64,000 nt of DNA from Candidatus Levyibacteriota bacterium. GTDB taxonomy: Bacteria; Patescibacteriota; Microgenomatia; Levybacterales; UBA12049. The translations under genes and the position numbers were made by a program. Under the pieces are notes generated by a model. It saw only the letters and a program-made list of their open reading frames with translations. It did no database searches and was not told the origin of the DNA. The DNA lies in NCBI GenBank assembly GCA_043807135.1, contig JAZDGF010000001.1, forward strand, positions 68,573 through 132,572, read 5' to 3'. Of the stretch, positions 36,101 to 46,043 are shown piece after piece (the stretch's first letter is position 1; the number at the start of each line of letters is the position of its first letter).

Positions 36101-36766
36101 ATGAGTAAAGCTGCCCAAAGAATTCATGCAACAACTCAAAAATTTACAGAGATTGAAGAAATCTCTGAAGACATTGTCATTTTTCAAGGCGGAAATGCTA
36201 CTTTAGTAATTGAAGTAACCGCAACAAATTTTGCTCTTCTTTCAAGAGAGGAACAAGATACTAAAATCTATTCTTACGCAGCGCTTCTAAATTCACTTTC
36301 TTTTGCAATTCAAATAATTGTTAGAAGTAAAAAATTAGACATTACAGCATATTTAAAACTGCTCGATTCTCAAGCAAAGGCAACCCAGAATGAACTTCTC
36401 AAAAATCAAATAAGCTTGTATCGAGATTTTGTCCAGGAATTAGTTAAGGTAAATACCGTACTTGATAAAAAATTTTATATTTGTATTCCCTACTCTTATC
36501 TTGAAAAAGGAGTTGGTGCTACCGCAAGTTCGGTAAGCAAGGGCGGGCCAAAAGACAATTTTACAGAACAAGCAAAAGCTGCGCTTCATTCAAAAGCAGA
36601 AAGTATCTTGTCTCAAGTTGCAAGATTAAATCTTAGAGCAAAAGTTTTGGAAAAAGAAGAGCTTGTAAAGCTTTACTATGAAACTTACAACGATCAATCA
36701 ATTGAAACAAATCAAATAACAGATAATGTTAGAACACCAATTGTCAGAGGAGAGGAGAAAAAATAA
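36101..36766 (+). CDS. TraC/VirB4 N-terminal-like T4SS accessory protein
   Basis: TQ.F.EI.EI..DIV, V...NF.LLS.EEQ...I..Y..LLNSL.F.IQI, Y..FV..LV....VLDKKFY..IPY; TAATG coupling to virB4. Confidence 0.75.
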   Translation: MSKAAQRIHATTQKFTEIEEISEDIVIFQGGNATLVIEVTATNFALLSREEQDTKIYSYAALLNSLSFAIQIIVRSKKLDITAYLKLLDSQAKATQNELLKNQISLYRDFVQELVKVNTVLDKKFYICIPYSYLEKGVGATASSVSKGGPKDNFTEQAKAALHSKAESILSQVARLNLRAKVLEKEELVKLYYETYNDQSIETNQITDNVRTPIVRGEEKK

Positions 36767-38757
36767 TGTTTTTTGGAAAAAAGAAAAAAGATAACAAACA
36801 AACAATAGCACCTACTCAAAAAACGCCGACCTCAAAAGAGTTAGCAAAGGTGGAAAAAGGTATGGTTTCTTTATCAGATGTAATTGCACCTTCTTCTGTT
36901 GAAGTGGACTTTCATTATGTTCGAGTAGGAGAAAGGTATTACAAAACATTTTTTGTTGTTGGCTATCCACGCTATGTCTCCCCAAATTGGCTACAGCCTT
37001 TAATTGATTTTGATCATTCAATGAATGTGTCCATGTTTGCCTATCCCACCTCTTCTCCGGATGTTCTATCTGACTTAAGAAGAAAAATTGCTGAGATGGA
37101 AGCAACAATTTCTTCTCAGATTGAAGAAGGAAAAGTTGTTGATGCAAAAGTAAGAGCATCTCTTGATGATGCCCTGTCAATTCAAGAACAATTAGCAAAG
37201 GGGGTTGAGCGGTTTTTTCAATTCAGCTTATACATTACCCTTATCTCAGATCATCCAAAAGAACTTGAAGAGGCATCAAAAAGACTTTCGTCTACTCTTG
37301 GTTCAATCATGATGATTGCCAAAACTGCAACCCTACAAATGGAAGACGGATTTAAATCAAGTATTCCTATGGGTCAAGATAAATTATTTATTACCAGAAA
37401 CATGGATACAACTTCTCTTGCTTCTACATTTCCTTTTACATCAGCAACTCTTGCTCAGGAAAAAGGAGTTATGTATGGAATAAATGAGCAAAATGGATCC
37501 CTTGTTATCTTTGATCGCTTTTCCCTTGAAAATGCCAATGAGGTTGTTTTGGGAAAGTCAGGATCAGGAAAATCATACTTAATAAAGCTTGAGGTTTTAA
37601 GACAATTCATGTTTGGAACCGAAGTTATTATTATTGACCCTGAAGGAGAGTATGGACAAATTGCAAAAACTATGGGAGGAGAAGAAGTTGCCTTTACTCC
37701 TTCTAATCCAATTAAAATAAATCCGTTTGATTTATCAGGGCTTTACGAGGAAGGTGAAAATGAGCTTGGTCTTAAAATTCTTTCCTTGCATGGACTTTTA
37801 AGAATCGTTATGGGAGATTTGGATGCTGCCCATGACGCAATTTTAGATCGAGCACTGGTTGAAACCTACAGACAAAAAGGAATAACTACTGATCCGGCAA
37901 CACAGAAAAAAACTCCTCCTTTAATGGAAGATCTTTATAAAGTTTTATTGGGAATGGAAGATTCGCAAGCAGGAGAACTTGCGCTTCGCCTTGAAAAGTT
38001 TATTAAAGGAAGCTTGAACGGCATTTTTAATCAACAATCAAACTTTGATATAAAAAACGCTTTAACAATCTTTAATATTAAAGCCTTAGAGGAAGAACTA
38101 AGACCAGTTGCAATGCATATTATTCTTGATTTTGTTTGGACTAGGGTTAGAAAAACCCTTAAGAAGAGACTTTTAATACTAGATGAAGCTTGGTATATTA
38201 TGAAATATCCTGATTCAGCTTCCTTTGTATATGGGATTGCCAAAAGATCAAGAAAATACTATCTTGCCTTAACAACCGCAACCCAGGATGCTCAGGACTT
38301 CTTATCAACTGATTATGGAAGGGCAATTCTTTCCAACTCCTCTATCCAGATGCTTTTAAAACAAAGCCCAACGGAAATTGATTTGATCTCAAAAGTTTTC
38401 TATCTTTCCGAAGGAGAAAAAGAGCTACTTCTTTCAGCAGACATTGGAGAGGGGTTATTTTTTGCCGGACAAAGTCATGTTGCCATGAAGGTAATTGCAG
38501 CACCTTTTGAGCACACTTTAATTACGTCTAATCCTCAAGAAATTTTAAACATAAGGGAACAAGAGGAAACGGAAATAAAAGCTCAGGAAACAACTCAAGA
38601 TATGCCAATACAGCCAATTGCTCCTCCTATAGATCAAAAACCACAACCGCCATTGGAAGATAACATTTCAGAAACAAAACCACCTACTCCGGTAAATCTA
38701 GAGAGTGCCCCTCCAATAAATGATGCTCAAAGCACAATTCCGAATTCAAATACATAA
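36766..38757 (+). CDS. virB4: VirB4-family T4SS ATPase
   Basis: FPFT...G..YGIN, DRFSLENAN, Walker A GKSGSGKS, IDPEGEY, INPFD, Walker B LILDEAW, RSRKY, TQD; Pro-rich tail. Confidence 0.92.
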   Translation: MFFGKKKKDNKQTIAPTQKTPTSKELAKVEKGMVSLSDVIAPSSVEVDFHYVRVGERYYKTFFVVGYPRYVSPNWLQPLIDFDHSMNVSMFAYPTSSPDVLSDLRRKIAEMEATISSQIEEGKVVDAKVRASLDDALSIQEQLAKGVERFFQFSLYITLISDHPKELEEASKRLSSTLGSIMMIAKTATLQMEDGFKSSIPMGQDKLFITRNMDTTSLASTFPFTSATLAQEKGVMYGINEQNGSLVIFDRFSLENANEVVLGKSGSGKSYLIKLEVLRQFMFGTEVIIIDPEGEYGQIAKTMGGEEVAFTPSNPIKINPFDLSGLYEEGENELGLKILSLHGLLRIVMGDLDAAHDAILDRALVETYRQKGITTDPATQKKTPPLMEDLYKVLLGMEDSQAGELALRLEKFIKGSLNGIFNQQSNFDIKNALTIFNIKALEEELRPVAMHIILDFVWTRVRKTLKKRLLILDEAWYIMKYPDSASFVYGIAKRSRKYYLALTTATQDAQDFLSTDYGRAILSNSSIQMLLKQSPTEIDLISKVFYLSEGEKELLLSADIGEGLFFAGQSHVAMKVIAAPFEHTLITSNPQEILNIREQEETEIKAQETTQDMPIQPIAPPIDQKPQPPLEDNISETKPPTPVNLESAPPINDAQSTIPNSNT

Positions 38758-38764
38758 ATAATCT

Positions 38765-41700
38765 ATGAATGGAAACAATAATCCTCTAGCAAAAATTTTA
38801 GCAATTTTAATTACCACTTATCCCGATCACGCCGAAGAGTTAGGAAGAATAACAAATCTTTTTCTAAAAGATCCTGAGAAGGCAAAGCTTGAATTATATA
38901 AATGGGAAAAATCTTCTAACATAAAACTTCCTGATCATATAACGCTTTTGATAGAACAAGAGTTACAACAGGGAAAAGAAGTCTCCTCTCGGGACAATAA
39001 TGAAAATCAAAAAAAGAAGAACAGCAAGGATTCAAAAAATCAACCATACAATGACGGTGCTTATATAGCTAAAGACCCAACCCCTGCAGAAAGATATAGA
39101 AAGGCCATAGTAAATAAATTTATTAGAAAACAATCAAATGAAAGAACAAGCAAAGATTACCTTGAAGAAAAAACGGTCTCTGAAAAAGATGTTTTTGACA
39201 AATGGTACGAGGAGAATACAAGGCTTGGAAAAACAAAATTTTCCGAAGAAGAAGTTAAGGCATATAAAGAAAGTGAAGAGTTTAAAAAAAAATTAATTTC
39301 AATAGTAGATGAAAAATATAAAAAAAAATTCGAAGGAGAAATTGCAGCATTTATCATTGCTGAAAAATCTAGGATATATGAAAATCCAAATGAAGATCCT
39401 GTAATAAAAGAGTATAAAAAAATTCTAGCAGAAGCTAATAAAAAATCTCCTGAAGAAGCAGAAAAAATAAAAAAAGAAGCCTCAAAAATCCTTCATGAAG
39501 AATTTACTCAAAAAACACTTTCCTACTCTAAGGACCTCCCAGAAATAAAAGAATACTTAATTAAAGTAAATAAAGAAATCCTAGTAGCTCCTTCGATAAT
39601 CATGCCTTCTTCTGTGTTTGAAGAAGAATCTTATTCATCAGAACCATTTGAAAATGATAACAATAATGAAGAAGTTTTCCCTTATTTTCAGGGAAATCAA
39701 TCTGAGCCCGAAAATGAACCTGATAAATCTGGGAATCAATCCTCGTCAAACAGGCCCAGCAGACCCAACAGAAGAACAATTAGAGAAATTAATCCGGAAA
39801 AAAATGTTGCTAGAAGAGCGGCTGGAAGAACGAGGGGGAAAGGTCAAAAAGCGCTTTTGCGATTTGGAAGAGTAGCTGTCCAAGTTGTTTCAAAAATCCC
39901 CCCGCATGTCTGGATTGTAATTATTGCACTTATTATTCTTGTTATTCTTATTTTTATGCTTTTTGGACTTTTCGACGATCCATTAGAAAACGGTGGTGTA
40001 TATAATATATCAAAATCTGCAGATAAAGAGGCTGTGGCCAATCCTCCTGACGATCTTAACTATCTTACGGCATTATCTACTCCTCAAGATATTACATACA
40101 CAATTACTGTTTCTTATTCTGGAAAAGCCCAATCTGTTACGGTTACAGATCCCATTCCAGAAAACGCAATCTTAGTTTCTGCTGATAACGATGCTGAGTT
40201 TTTAGATGAAAATGGCAATATAATAACTGATAAAAACCTTGCAAGAACAGTTACTTGGACTATCACTCCTGAAGCATCATCAGGAGGAAATCTGTCTAAT
40301 CCAGCTAATACGACATTGGGAGATTGGTTAAATAAAAAGCTTTCAGAAAATCCACTTCGCTTAGGGCTAAGCGGCATGGGACCAACGATTGCAAATTTAT
40401 CAGCAAAATACAATGTCCCAATTGAGCTCGCGCTGGGACAATTTGCCTTAGAAACCCAATGGTATTCAGATAAAGGAGTTACTGTTACCCAAGGATCAAA
40501 TAATCCAGGCAATATTTTATGCAATCCTGATCTTAGGCTTGGAGCAATTGGAAATGATATTGTTGACCGCCTGGGAACCCATTATTGTAGATTTTCCTCT
40601 CTTGAGAGCGGACTTGAAGCATATTTTAAACATTTAGATAGTTCTACTTATCGAAGTGCAGTTGATGAGTTTATTAAAACAAGCAATCCTAGACCCGTTA
40701 TCCATATTTACTATTCATCTTCAAATGACCCAAGTAGCGGAAACGAAAACAGCTATGTAAATACTGTAAACAATATTACAAAAGATTTAAGAGACGCTGC
40801 TGTAATAGATGGTGTAAATCTTGCTGTTTCCTCTTCTTTCAATGAGCAGTATAATAACGCTACTTCTAGTTTTACCCTAGCTTTAAGACCCAAACCTGGT
40901 GCGAAAGATACATATATTATTAACCAGGCATTTGCAAGTGGAGCTGGAATATCAATATGCACAGGAGGATCAACAGTTGTTCTTGACCCCGGACATCCAA
41001 GCGAAGTTGGTATTGGAGGGGCGGGAAATGGAGTTAATGAAGTTGAAAAAGTCTTAGAGATTGCAAATATTATAAAACCAAAGTTAGAAGCAAAAGGATA
41101 CAGTGTTATCTTAACCAGAAATAATAATACAACTAGGGTTACAAATAAAGCGAGGGCGGAAACCGCAAATAGTGCAAATGCTTCTTTAATGTTCAGAATT
41201 CATACTGACGCTGGAAGAACTGACAGGGGAGTTGCGTATTATTATCCAGCAGAACAAGGAACAGTTGATGGAGTTACAGGCCCAAGCAGTGAAGTTATTG
41301 AAAAAAGCAAACAAGCAGCGACTGCCATCCTGAACACAACCAGGGATACTCTCATTGGAAACGATATGCCACTTTTTAGAGGAGGCCTTCTAACTGATGC
41401 TGATACTGCGGTAGGAAAGAAAAATGGGGGAGCTTTAGCGGGGTCTATTTATTCATCGGTTCCAACTGTGCTTGTGGAACTGGGAAGCCTCACCAACGCT
41501 ACCGATGCCACCTGGCTTAAATCAACTGATAATTTAAATAAATATGCTGATTCATTAGCGTCTGGAATTTCCAATTTTGCAGGGACCTCTACCTGCGCCG
41601 ATTCTAATAACGATTTTCCCACTAATTATGTTGGCACTGGAGGGTATACTCCTCTTCAGGGTCAATGGGAAGGAACTACTCAAAAGCTTACTGACTATCT

Positions 41701-42145
41701 TCTTGCAAATAACCCTTCTCCCAAATTTACTGTTTCAACATTAACTCTTGCGGGATATTATATAAAATATGCTGCAGAAGTAAATCTTCGAGCAGACATT
41801 CTTTGGGCACAAATGATTCATGAAACAGGTTTTGGAAAATATGGAGGAGATGTTTTGCCAAGCCAAAATAACTTTGCTGGTGTTGGAGCAACCGGAAATG
41901 GAGAAGAAGGAATATCGTTTGTCACCGCAGAAGCTGGTGTAAAAGCACAAATTGCCCACATGGCAGCTTACGTATACACAACTGATATTACTTCATGGAC
42001 TAATTCCCAAACAGATCCCCGCTATGACTTAATAATCCCCAGAGGAATCGCAAAGTCCTTAAATAATCTTGACGGAAGATGGGCTATTCCCGGAAACGGA
42101 TATGGAACAACTATTGAAAATTATGTAAGAATTATTAATCAATAA
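38765..42145 (+). CDS. Membrane-anchored multi-domain peptidoglycan hydrolase (DUF11/Ig-like + GH73-like + Amidase_3 + GH73)
   Basis: About 380 aa charged N-terminal region, TM, ITYTITV..VTDPIP, GQFALET..NNPGNI, VVLDPGH..E..RIH..LVELG, AQMIHETG..QNNFAGVG..RWA..YG. Confidence 0.85.
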   Translation: MNGNNNPLAKILAILITTYPDHAEELGRITNLFLKDPEKAKLELYKWEKSSNIKLPDHITLLIEQELQQGKEVSSRDNNENQKKKNSKDSKNQPYNDGAYIAKDPTPAERYRKAIVNKFIRKQSNERTSKDYLEEKTVSEKDVFDKWYEENTRLGKTKFSEEEVKAYKESEEFKKKLISIVDEKYKKKFEGEIAAFIIAEKSRIYENPNEDPVIKEYKKILAEANKKSPEEAEKIKKEASKILHEEFTQKTLSYSKDLPEIKEYLIKVNKEILVAPSIIMPSSVFEEESYSSEPFENDNNNEEVFPYFQGNQSEPENEPDKSGNQSSSNRPSRPNRRTIREINPEKNVARRAAGRTRGKGQKALLRFGRVAVQVVSKIPPHVWIVIIALIILVILIFMLFGLFDDPLENGGVYNISKSADKEAVANPPDDLNYLTALSTPQDITYTITVSYSGKAQSVTVTDPIPENAILVSADNDAEFLDENGNIITDKNLARTVTWTITPEASSGGNLSNPANTTLGDWLNKKLSENPLRLGLSGMGPTIANLSAKYNVPIELALGQFALETQWYSDKGVTVTQGSNNPGNILCNPDLRLGAIGNDIVDRLGTHYCRFSSLESGLEAYFKHLDSSTYRSAVDEFIKTSNPRPVIHIYYSSSNDPSSGNENSYVNTVNNITKDLRDAAVIDGVNLAVSSSFNEQYNNATSSFTLALRPKPGAKDTYIINQAFASGAGISICTGGSTVVLDPGHPSEVGIGGAGNGVNEVEKVLEIANIIKPKLEAKGYSVILTRNNNTTRVTNKARAETANSANASLMFRIHTDAGRTDRGVAYYYPAEQGTVDGVTGPSSEVIEKSKQAATAILNTTRDTLIGNDMPLFRGGLLTDADTAVGKKNGGALAGSIYSSVPTVLVELGSLTNATDATWLKSTDNLNKYADSLASGISNFAGTSTCADSNNDFPTNYVGTGGYTPLQGQWEGTTQKLTDYLLANNPSPKFTVSTLTLAGYYIKYAAEVNLRADILWAQMIHETGFGKYGGDVLPSQNNFAGVGATGNGEEGISFVTAEAGVKAQIAHMAAYVYTTDITSWTNSQTDPRYDLIIPRGIAKSLNNLDGRWAIPGNGYGTTIENYVRIINQ

Positions 42146-42184
42146 TGTTGTCTATGTTTTTTATCTTTGTTATTCTAAATATTA

Positions 42185-42841
42185 ATGTTTAAAAAAACAC
42201 TTTTGCTATTTTTTTCACTAACAGTTATTTTTATTGTGTTTAAAAATAACGCCCTATTCTATGGAGGGGATTCTTATGCCGCAACTAACCAGGGCTCTCA
42301 AACAGCAAGTGAATGTGTAATCGTTAAGGTAGGAAATCCAACAGCAGATCCTGACACTTCAAAATGCAACACCTTTTTGGGCACTGCTTCAAGTTATGCT
42401 CTAAAAGCTATTGAGCTCGCGAGAAGCCAAAAAGGGAAAATGTATTTATGGGCTGCTTGTCATGGTGATTTATCAAAAAGCCCACCCCCCGGGGGATGTG
42501 CAAATTATGATTGTTCGGGTCTTACAAGATGGACTTGGTATTGGGCAACTGATGGAAAAGTCAACGATCTTGACCAAACGGCTACTAACTGGGATGCGGG
42601 ATATGGTAATTTTGAGAAGTTTGACAAGAGTCAGGTTGCCCTTATTCAACCAGGAGATCTTGTTTATTTTGGGCCATCAAAAGCCGACGCATCCCATACA
42701 GGAATCTACGCTGGCCTAGGTGACTGTGGCGCAAACGACTGCTTTATTCATGCTCCTGGAACAGGAAAAGCTGTTACAGAATATAGTTTATCTAAAAGAA
42801 CAAATTTTATTGGTTTTCTTAGGCCTATTGTTGTAGAATAA
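42185..42841 (+). CDS. NlpC/P60 peptidoglycan endopeptidase
   Basis: Signal/TM, Y.W, YDCSGL, QPGDLVYF, HTGIY, FIHA (Cys-His-His triad). Confidence 0.92.
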   Translation: MFKKTLLLFFSLTVIFIVFKNNALFYGGDSYAATNQGSQTASECVIVKVGNPTADPDTSKCNTFLGTASSYALKAIELARSQKGKMYLWAACHGDLSKSPPPGGCANYDCSGLTRWTWYWATDGKVNDLDQTATNWDAGYGNFEKFDKSQVALIQPGDLVYFGPSKADASHTGIYAGLGDCGANDCFIHAPGTGKAVTEYSLSKRTNFIGFLRPIVVE

Positions 42842-42845
42842 AAAT

Positions 42846-43331
42846 ATGAATTTAACATCTTTCTTTCAAAACAAAAAATTTTTAATAGGTTCTCTTATTG
42901 CTCTTTTTTTTATCGTAGCTTTAATCGTTATTTTTGTCATTAGCAGTCTTTTTAAAACCGTCGATGAACAGCCCCTTATCAACACAGATGAATTCGTAAG
43001 CCCTACAACAATGCCTGTTATCACTACAAAAATTATTCAAAATATTGAAAAAGAAATTAGGGAAAATATAGAAGCTGCCATACCTAGTGAAAATATTAAT
43101 ATATATGAACCAAGGCTTTATGAAGATTGGGCAATTGTAACTATTGAACCAAAAGATCACATAACCGATGCTGCAAATCTACTTTTACATAAAGAGGAAA
43201 ATCAATGGAAAATAATCCTCGGACCGGGTACTTTTTTCGACGAAGAGTCACTGATTGAAGTAAGTGCCCCCATCTATCTTTTTGATGAGATAAACCGAAT
43301 GTCTATTCCTGCACCCGAATCGGCATTATAA
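42846..43331 (+). CDS. Single-TM hypothetical protein
   Basis: N-terminal TM, then WA.V.......A..LL.K....WKIILGPGT.F. Confidence 0.65.
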   Translation: MNLTSFFQNKKFLIGSLIALFFIVALIVIFVISSLFKTVDEQPLINTDEFVSPTTMPVITTKIIQNIEKEIRENIEAAIPSENINIYEPRLYEDWAIVTIEPKDHITDAANLLLHKEENQWKIILGPGTFFDEESLIEVSAPIYLFDEINRMSIPAPESAL

Positions 43332-44412
43332 GATGTAGGAAGTTAGAATTTCCTTTAATTTTAAAAACTCCAGGGCTTAATGGGCCGCTCATTTCAAGAA
43401 TTAAATCTTCATCTTCTACGTTCCCTAAAAAATCTAGAAGGTATCTTGCATTAAAAGCTATCTCGTTTTCTTCTCCTTCTGTTTTTGCCTCAACCTCTAC
43501 CCTGTTTTCTCCAACAGAGGGGGTATTTGCTGAGACGATAATTTTATCTTCTTCAATCGAAAATTTAACAATGTTTGCAGTATCTCTTGCAAACACGGAG
43601 CAGATTTTGACAGCATTTAACATTTTTGCCTTTTCAAATAAAGATACTGTGGAAGAACTTGTTGGTAATATTTTTTCAAAAGCAGGATACTCTGCTTCTA
43701 TCAGCCTCCCCACAAGAATTGTTTCCCCTTGAGAAAAAATCACCTGGTTTGATTTATCAGAAACCAAAACAGAGACATAATCTCCCTCTTCTTTAATGGA
43801 AAAAAGTTCTCTTAAAACACGGGAGGGAATCAGCATTGAGACGGATTTCCCTTTTTTTCCTCCAGCTGAAAAAGCTCTTCTTAAAGAAAGTCTGTATCCA
43901 TCTGTTGCAACCATTGTAAAGTCTTTTGCGTCTTGGGTCATTAAAACGCCTGATAATGCCGGTCTTCCGCTATCTTGAGCTGCTGAAAAAACAATCTTTG
44001 AAAGCTCTTTCTCAACATCTGTTCTTAATATCCTTGCAACCTCTTCTCCTTTCCCCTCGTAGATGTTAGGGAAGTCTTCTGCTGGCATTGTTTGGAAAAT
44101 TGCTTCTACTTTCTCCCCTTTAAGCATTAAGTTTTGCTTTTCATAAGATAGTTCTATTTTTCCCTCCCCCATGTTTAAAAGCAGGTCTGAAAATGTCTTT
44201 GCTGGCACAGTTATGGCCCCCTCTTTTTCAATGCTTGCAGAAACGTGAGCTATTATTCCAATCTCTAGGTCTGTTGCGCTTATTTTAAGTCTCCCCTTTT
44301 TTGTTTCTATAAGAAAGTTTGAAAGAATAGGAAGCTGACTTCTTGTCGAAACAGCGTGGTTTAAAAATGATATTTTCTTTTGTAAATTTTCCGCTAAAAG
44401 TATTGCTTTCAT
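43303..44412 (-). CDS. dnaN: DNA polymerase III beta clamp
   Basis: LPILSN, ATDLE, ATDGYRL, RLIE..YP, IAFN.RYL.D, LIMPIR. Confidence 0.98.
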   Translation of the reverse strand: MKAILLAENLQKKISFLNHAVSTRSQLPILSNFLIETKKGRLKISATDLEIGIIAHVSASIEKEGAITVPAKTFSDLLLNMGEGKIELSYEKQNLMLKGEKVEAIFQTMPAEDFPNIYEGKGEEVARILRTDVEKELSKIVFSAAQDSGRPALSGVLMTQDAKDFTMVATDGYRLSLRRAFSAGGKKGKSVSMLIPSRVLRELFSIKEEGDYVSVLVSDKSNQVIFSQGETILVGRLIEAEYPAFEKILPTSSSTVSLFEKAKMLNAVKICSVFARDTANIVKFSIEEDKIIVSANTPSVGENRVEVEAKTEGEENEIAFNARYLLDFLGNVEDEDLILEMSGPLSPGVFKIKGNSNFLHLIMPIRVQE

Positions 44413-44553
44413 AGTATGTTTATATTAATAGTTGTAGTAGTTTATATGGATAAGTGGAAAAAAGCAAGACTGTGTGGGTACAAAAATGTTGATAACATGT
44501 TGATAAAAAAGTGGAAGAAATGTTTATAAAAAAAGGGGGCCTAGTATTCCACA
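44413..44553. other. Replication origin oriC (dnaA-dnaN intergenic): DnaA-box cluster, DnaA-trios and AT-rich element
   Basis: DnaA-box-like 9-mers TATGGATAA 44445, AGTGGAAAA 44453, TGTGGGTAC 44473, TGTTGATAA 44487 and 44498, TGTTTATAA 44521; TAG/TTG/TAA trios at 44426-44440 next to the first box. Confidence 0.8.
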
Positions 44554-45896
44554 CGTTTTTCACTATTTATTTTAGTTATTCTCATTATATCCTCACCAAT
44601 TTTAGTTTTTTTCATTAAAGCTTCTATTTTTTCCACACCATACATAATAGTTGTGTGATCCCTTCCCCCTAAAAGGTTGCCAATTTCAACAAGCGTGAGA
44701 TTTAATTCGGTTTTTAAAAGATACATTGCAACTTGCCTTGCCCTTACTAAAGAGGAATCTCTCTTTGCTCCTTTAATTTGAGTTTGTTTAATTCTATAAA
44801 AAGAGCAGACGTTTTTTATTATGTCATCTGGATGAAAAACGCTAGCATCTTCCCTTTTCTTGCTTTCTAAAATTTCGTCTAGGATATCATCAGTAAGCTC
44901 CCCGTTTGCTGTACTTGCCCTAGTGACAACTCTAAGTAAAACTCCCTCCAAGCTTCTTCCATCAAGATCTTGTTCAGCAATCCTTTTAGCTGCTTCCATA
45001 GATAGTTCAAAGTTATATTTTTTTGCTTTTATTAAAAGAATTGCAGTTTTTAACTCAAAATCAGGTGGTTCAATATCAACGGTTAGCCCCCCTGAAAATC
45101 TTGATAAAAGTCTTTTTTCAACCTTTTTCATTTCAGAAGGAGGTCTGTCTGAAGAAAGAACGATTTGAGATCCGTTATCAACAAGAATGTTAAAAGTATG
45201 GAAAAGTTCCTCCTGAATCTTTTCTTTACCAGCAATAAACTGGATATCATCGATTATTAAAAGGTCAAGCCCTCTAAATCTTTTCTTCATCAAAGAAGTT
45301 GCATTTGTTCTGATTGCTTCTACTACCTCATTTGTAAACTCCTCGCTTGTGATATAAGCAATTTTTTTTTCAGGATGTTTTGCATAAACATCATTTGCAA
45401 TCGCTTGCATTAAATGGGTTTTTCCTACTCCTACCGGTCCGTATATAAAAAGAGGGTTGTACGCTTTCCCAAGTTTTTTAGCAACTGTTGTTGCACTAAC
45501 ATAAGCAAGTTGATTACTTGAAGAAACCGCAAGATTTTCAAAAGTATATTCAGATCTTACTCTTGGCAGGTGTCCAAGCGTTTTTTTTGTCTTTTCGTTT
45601 ATTGAAAAAAGGGGGCCTGGGTCATTTGTTTTATCCTTAATAATAGTTTTTGGGACAAAAAGTAAATCAATATTTTTTTTAGTGTGTTTGTCAAGAGATT
45701 TTTTAATAATTTGATAAAACCTTCTTTGTAATAGGTCAATAATCATACTTGAAGGAGCAGCAACGGTTGCCGTAGTGTTATCCATTGTAAAAAGAATAGT
45801 TGGCTTAAAAAGTGTTAAAAAATTTGCACGAGAAACTTCAGTTTCAACTTCTCCCAAAACTATTTTCCACAACTGATCAAGATCTTTTTTTTCCAT
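44541..45896 (-). CDS. dnaA: Chromosomal replication initiator DnaA
   Basis: YTFEN, YNPLFIYGPVGVGKTHL, LLIIDDIQF, QEELFHTFN, SDRPP, RQVAMYL, GGRDHTT; start 45896 or 45917. Confidence 0.98.
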   Translation of the reverse strand: MEKKDLDQLWKIVLGEVETEVSRANFLTLFKPTILFTMDNTTATVAAPSSMIIDLLQRRFYQIIKKSLDKHTKKNIDLLFVPKTIIKDKTNDPGPLFSINEKTKKTLGHLPRVRSEYTFENLAVSSSNQLAYVSATTVAKKLGKAYNPLFIYGPVGVGKTHLMQAIANDVYAKHPEKKIAYITSEEFTNEVVEAIRTNATSLMKKRFRGLDLLIIDDIQFIAGKEKIQEELFHTFNILVDNGSQIVLSSDRPPSEMKKVEKRLLSRFSGGLTVDIEPPDFELKTAILLIKAKKYNFELSMEAAKRIAEQDLDGRSLEGVLLRVVTRASTANGELTDDILDEILESKKREDASVFHPDDIIKNVCSFYRIKQTQIKGAKRDSSLVRARQVAMYLLKTELNLTLVEIGNLLGGRDHTTIMYGVEKIEALMKKTKIGEDIMRITKINSEKRVEY

Positions 45897-45959
45897 AAGC
45901 AGAATTAGCCACCCCATTTTATATGAGCAGAAGAATATGTATGGGTTTAAATTAAATAA

Positions 45960-45968
45960 TGTGGATAA
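45960..45968 (-). promoter_or_regulatory. Perfect DnaA box upstream of dnaA
   Basis: TGTGGATAA (= TTATCCACA on minus strand); further near-boxes AGTAGATAA 45989 and TGTGGAAAA 46043. Confidence 0.85.
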
Positions 45969-46043
45969 CTTTTTGTCAAGATACCGAAAGTAGATAAAAC
46001 TACATCTTTTAAAAGAAACAGCTTTCTGATATACTTTAATTCT

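Noticed and set aside
25255-43331. T4SS region as an ICE integrated at tRNA-Ser(GGA)
   Set aside because: No integrase, relaxase or coupling protein, and no duplicated tRNA 3' end seen at the far side; the last gene overlaps dnaN; composition looks like the rest of the window.
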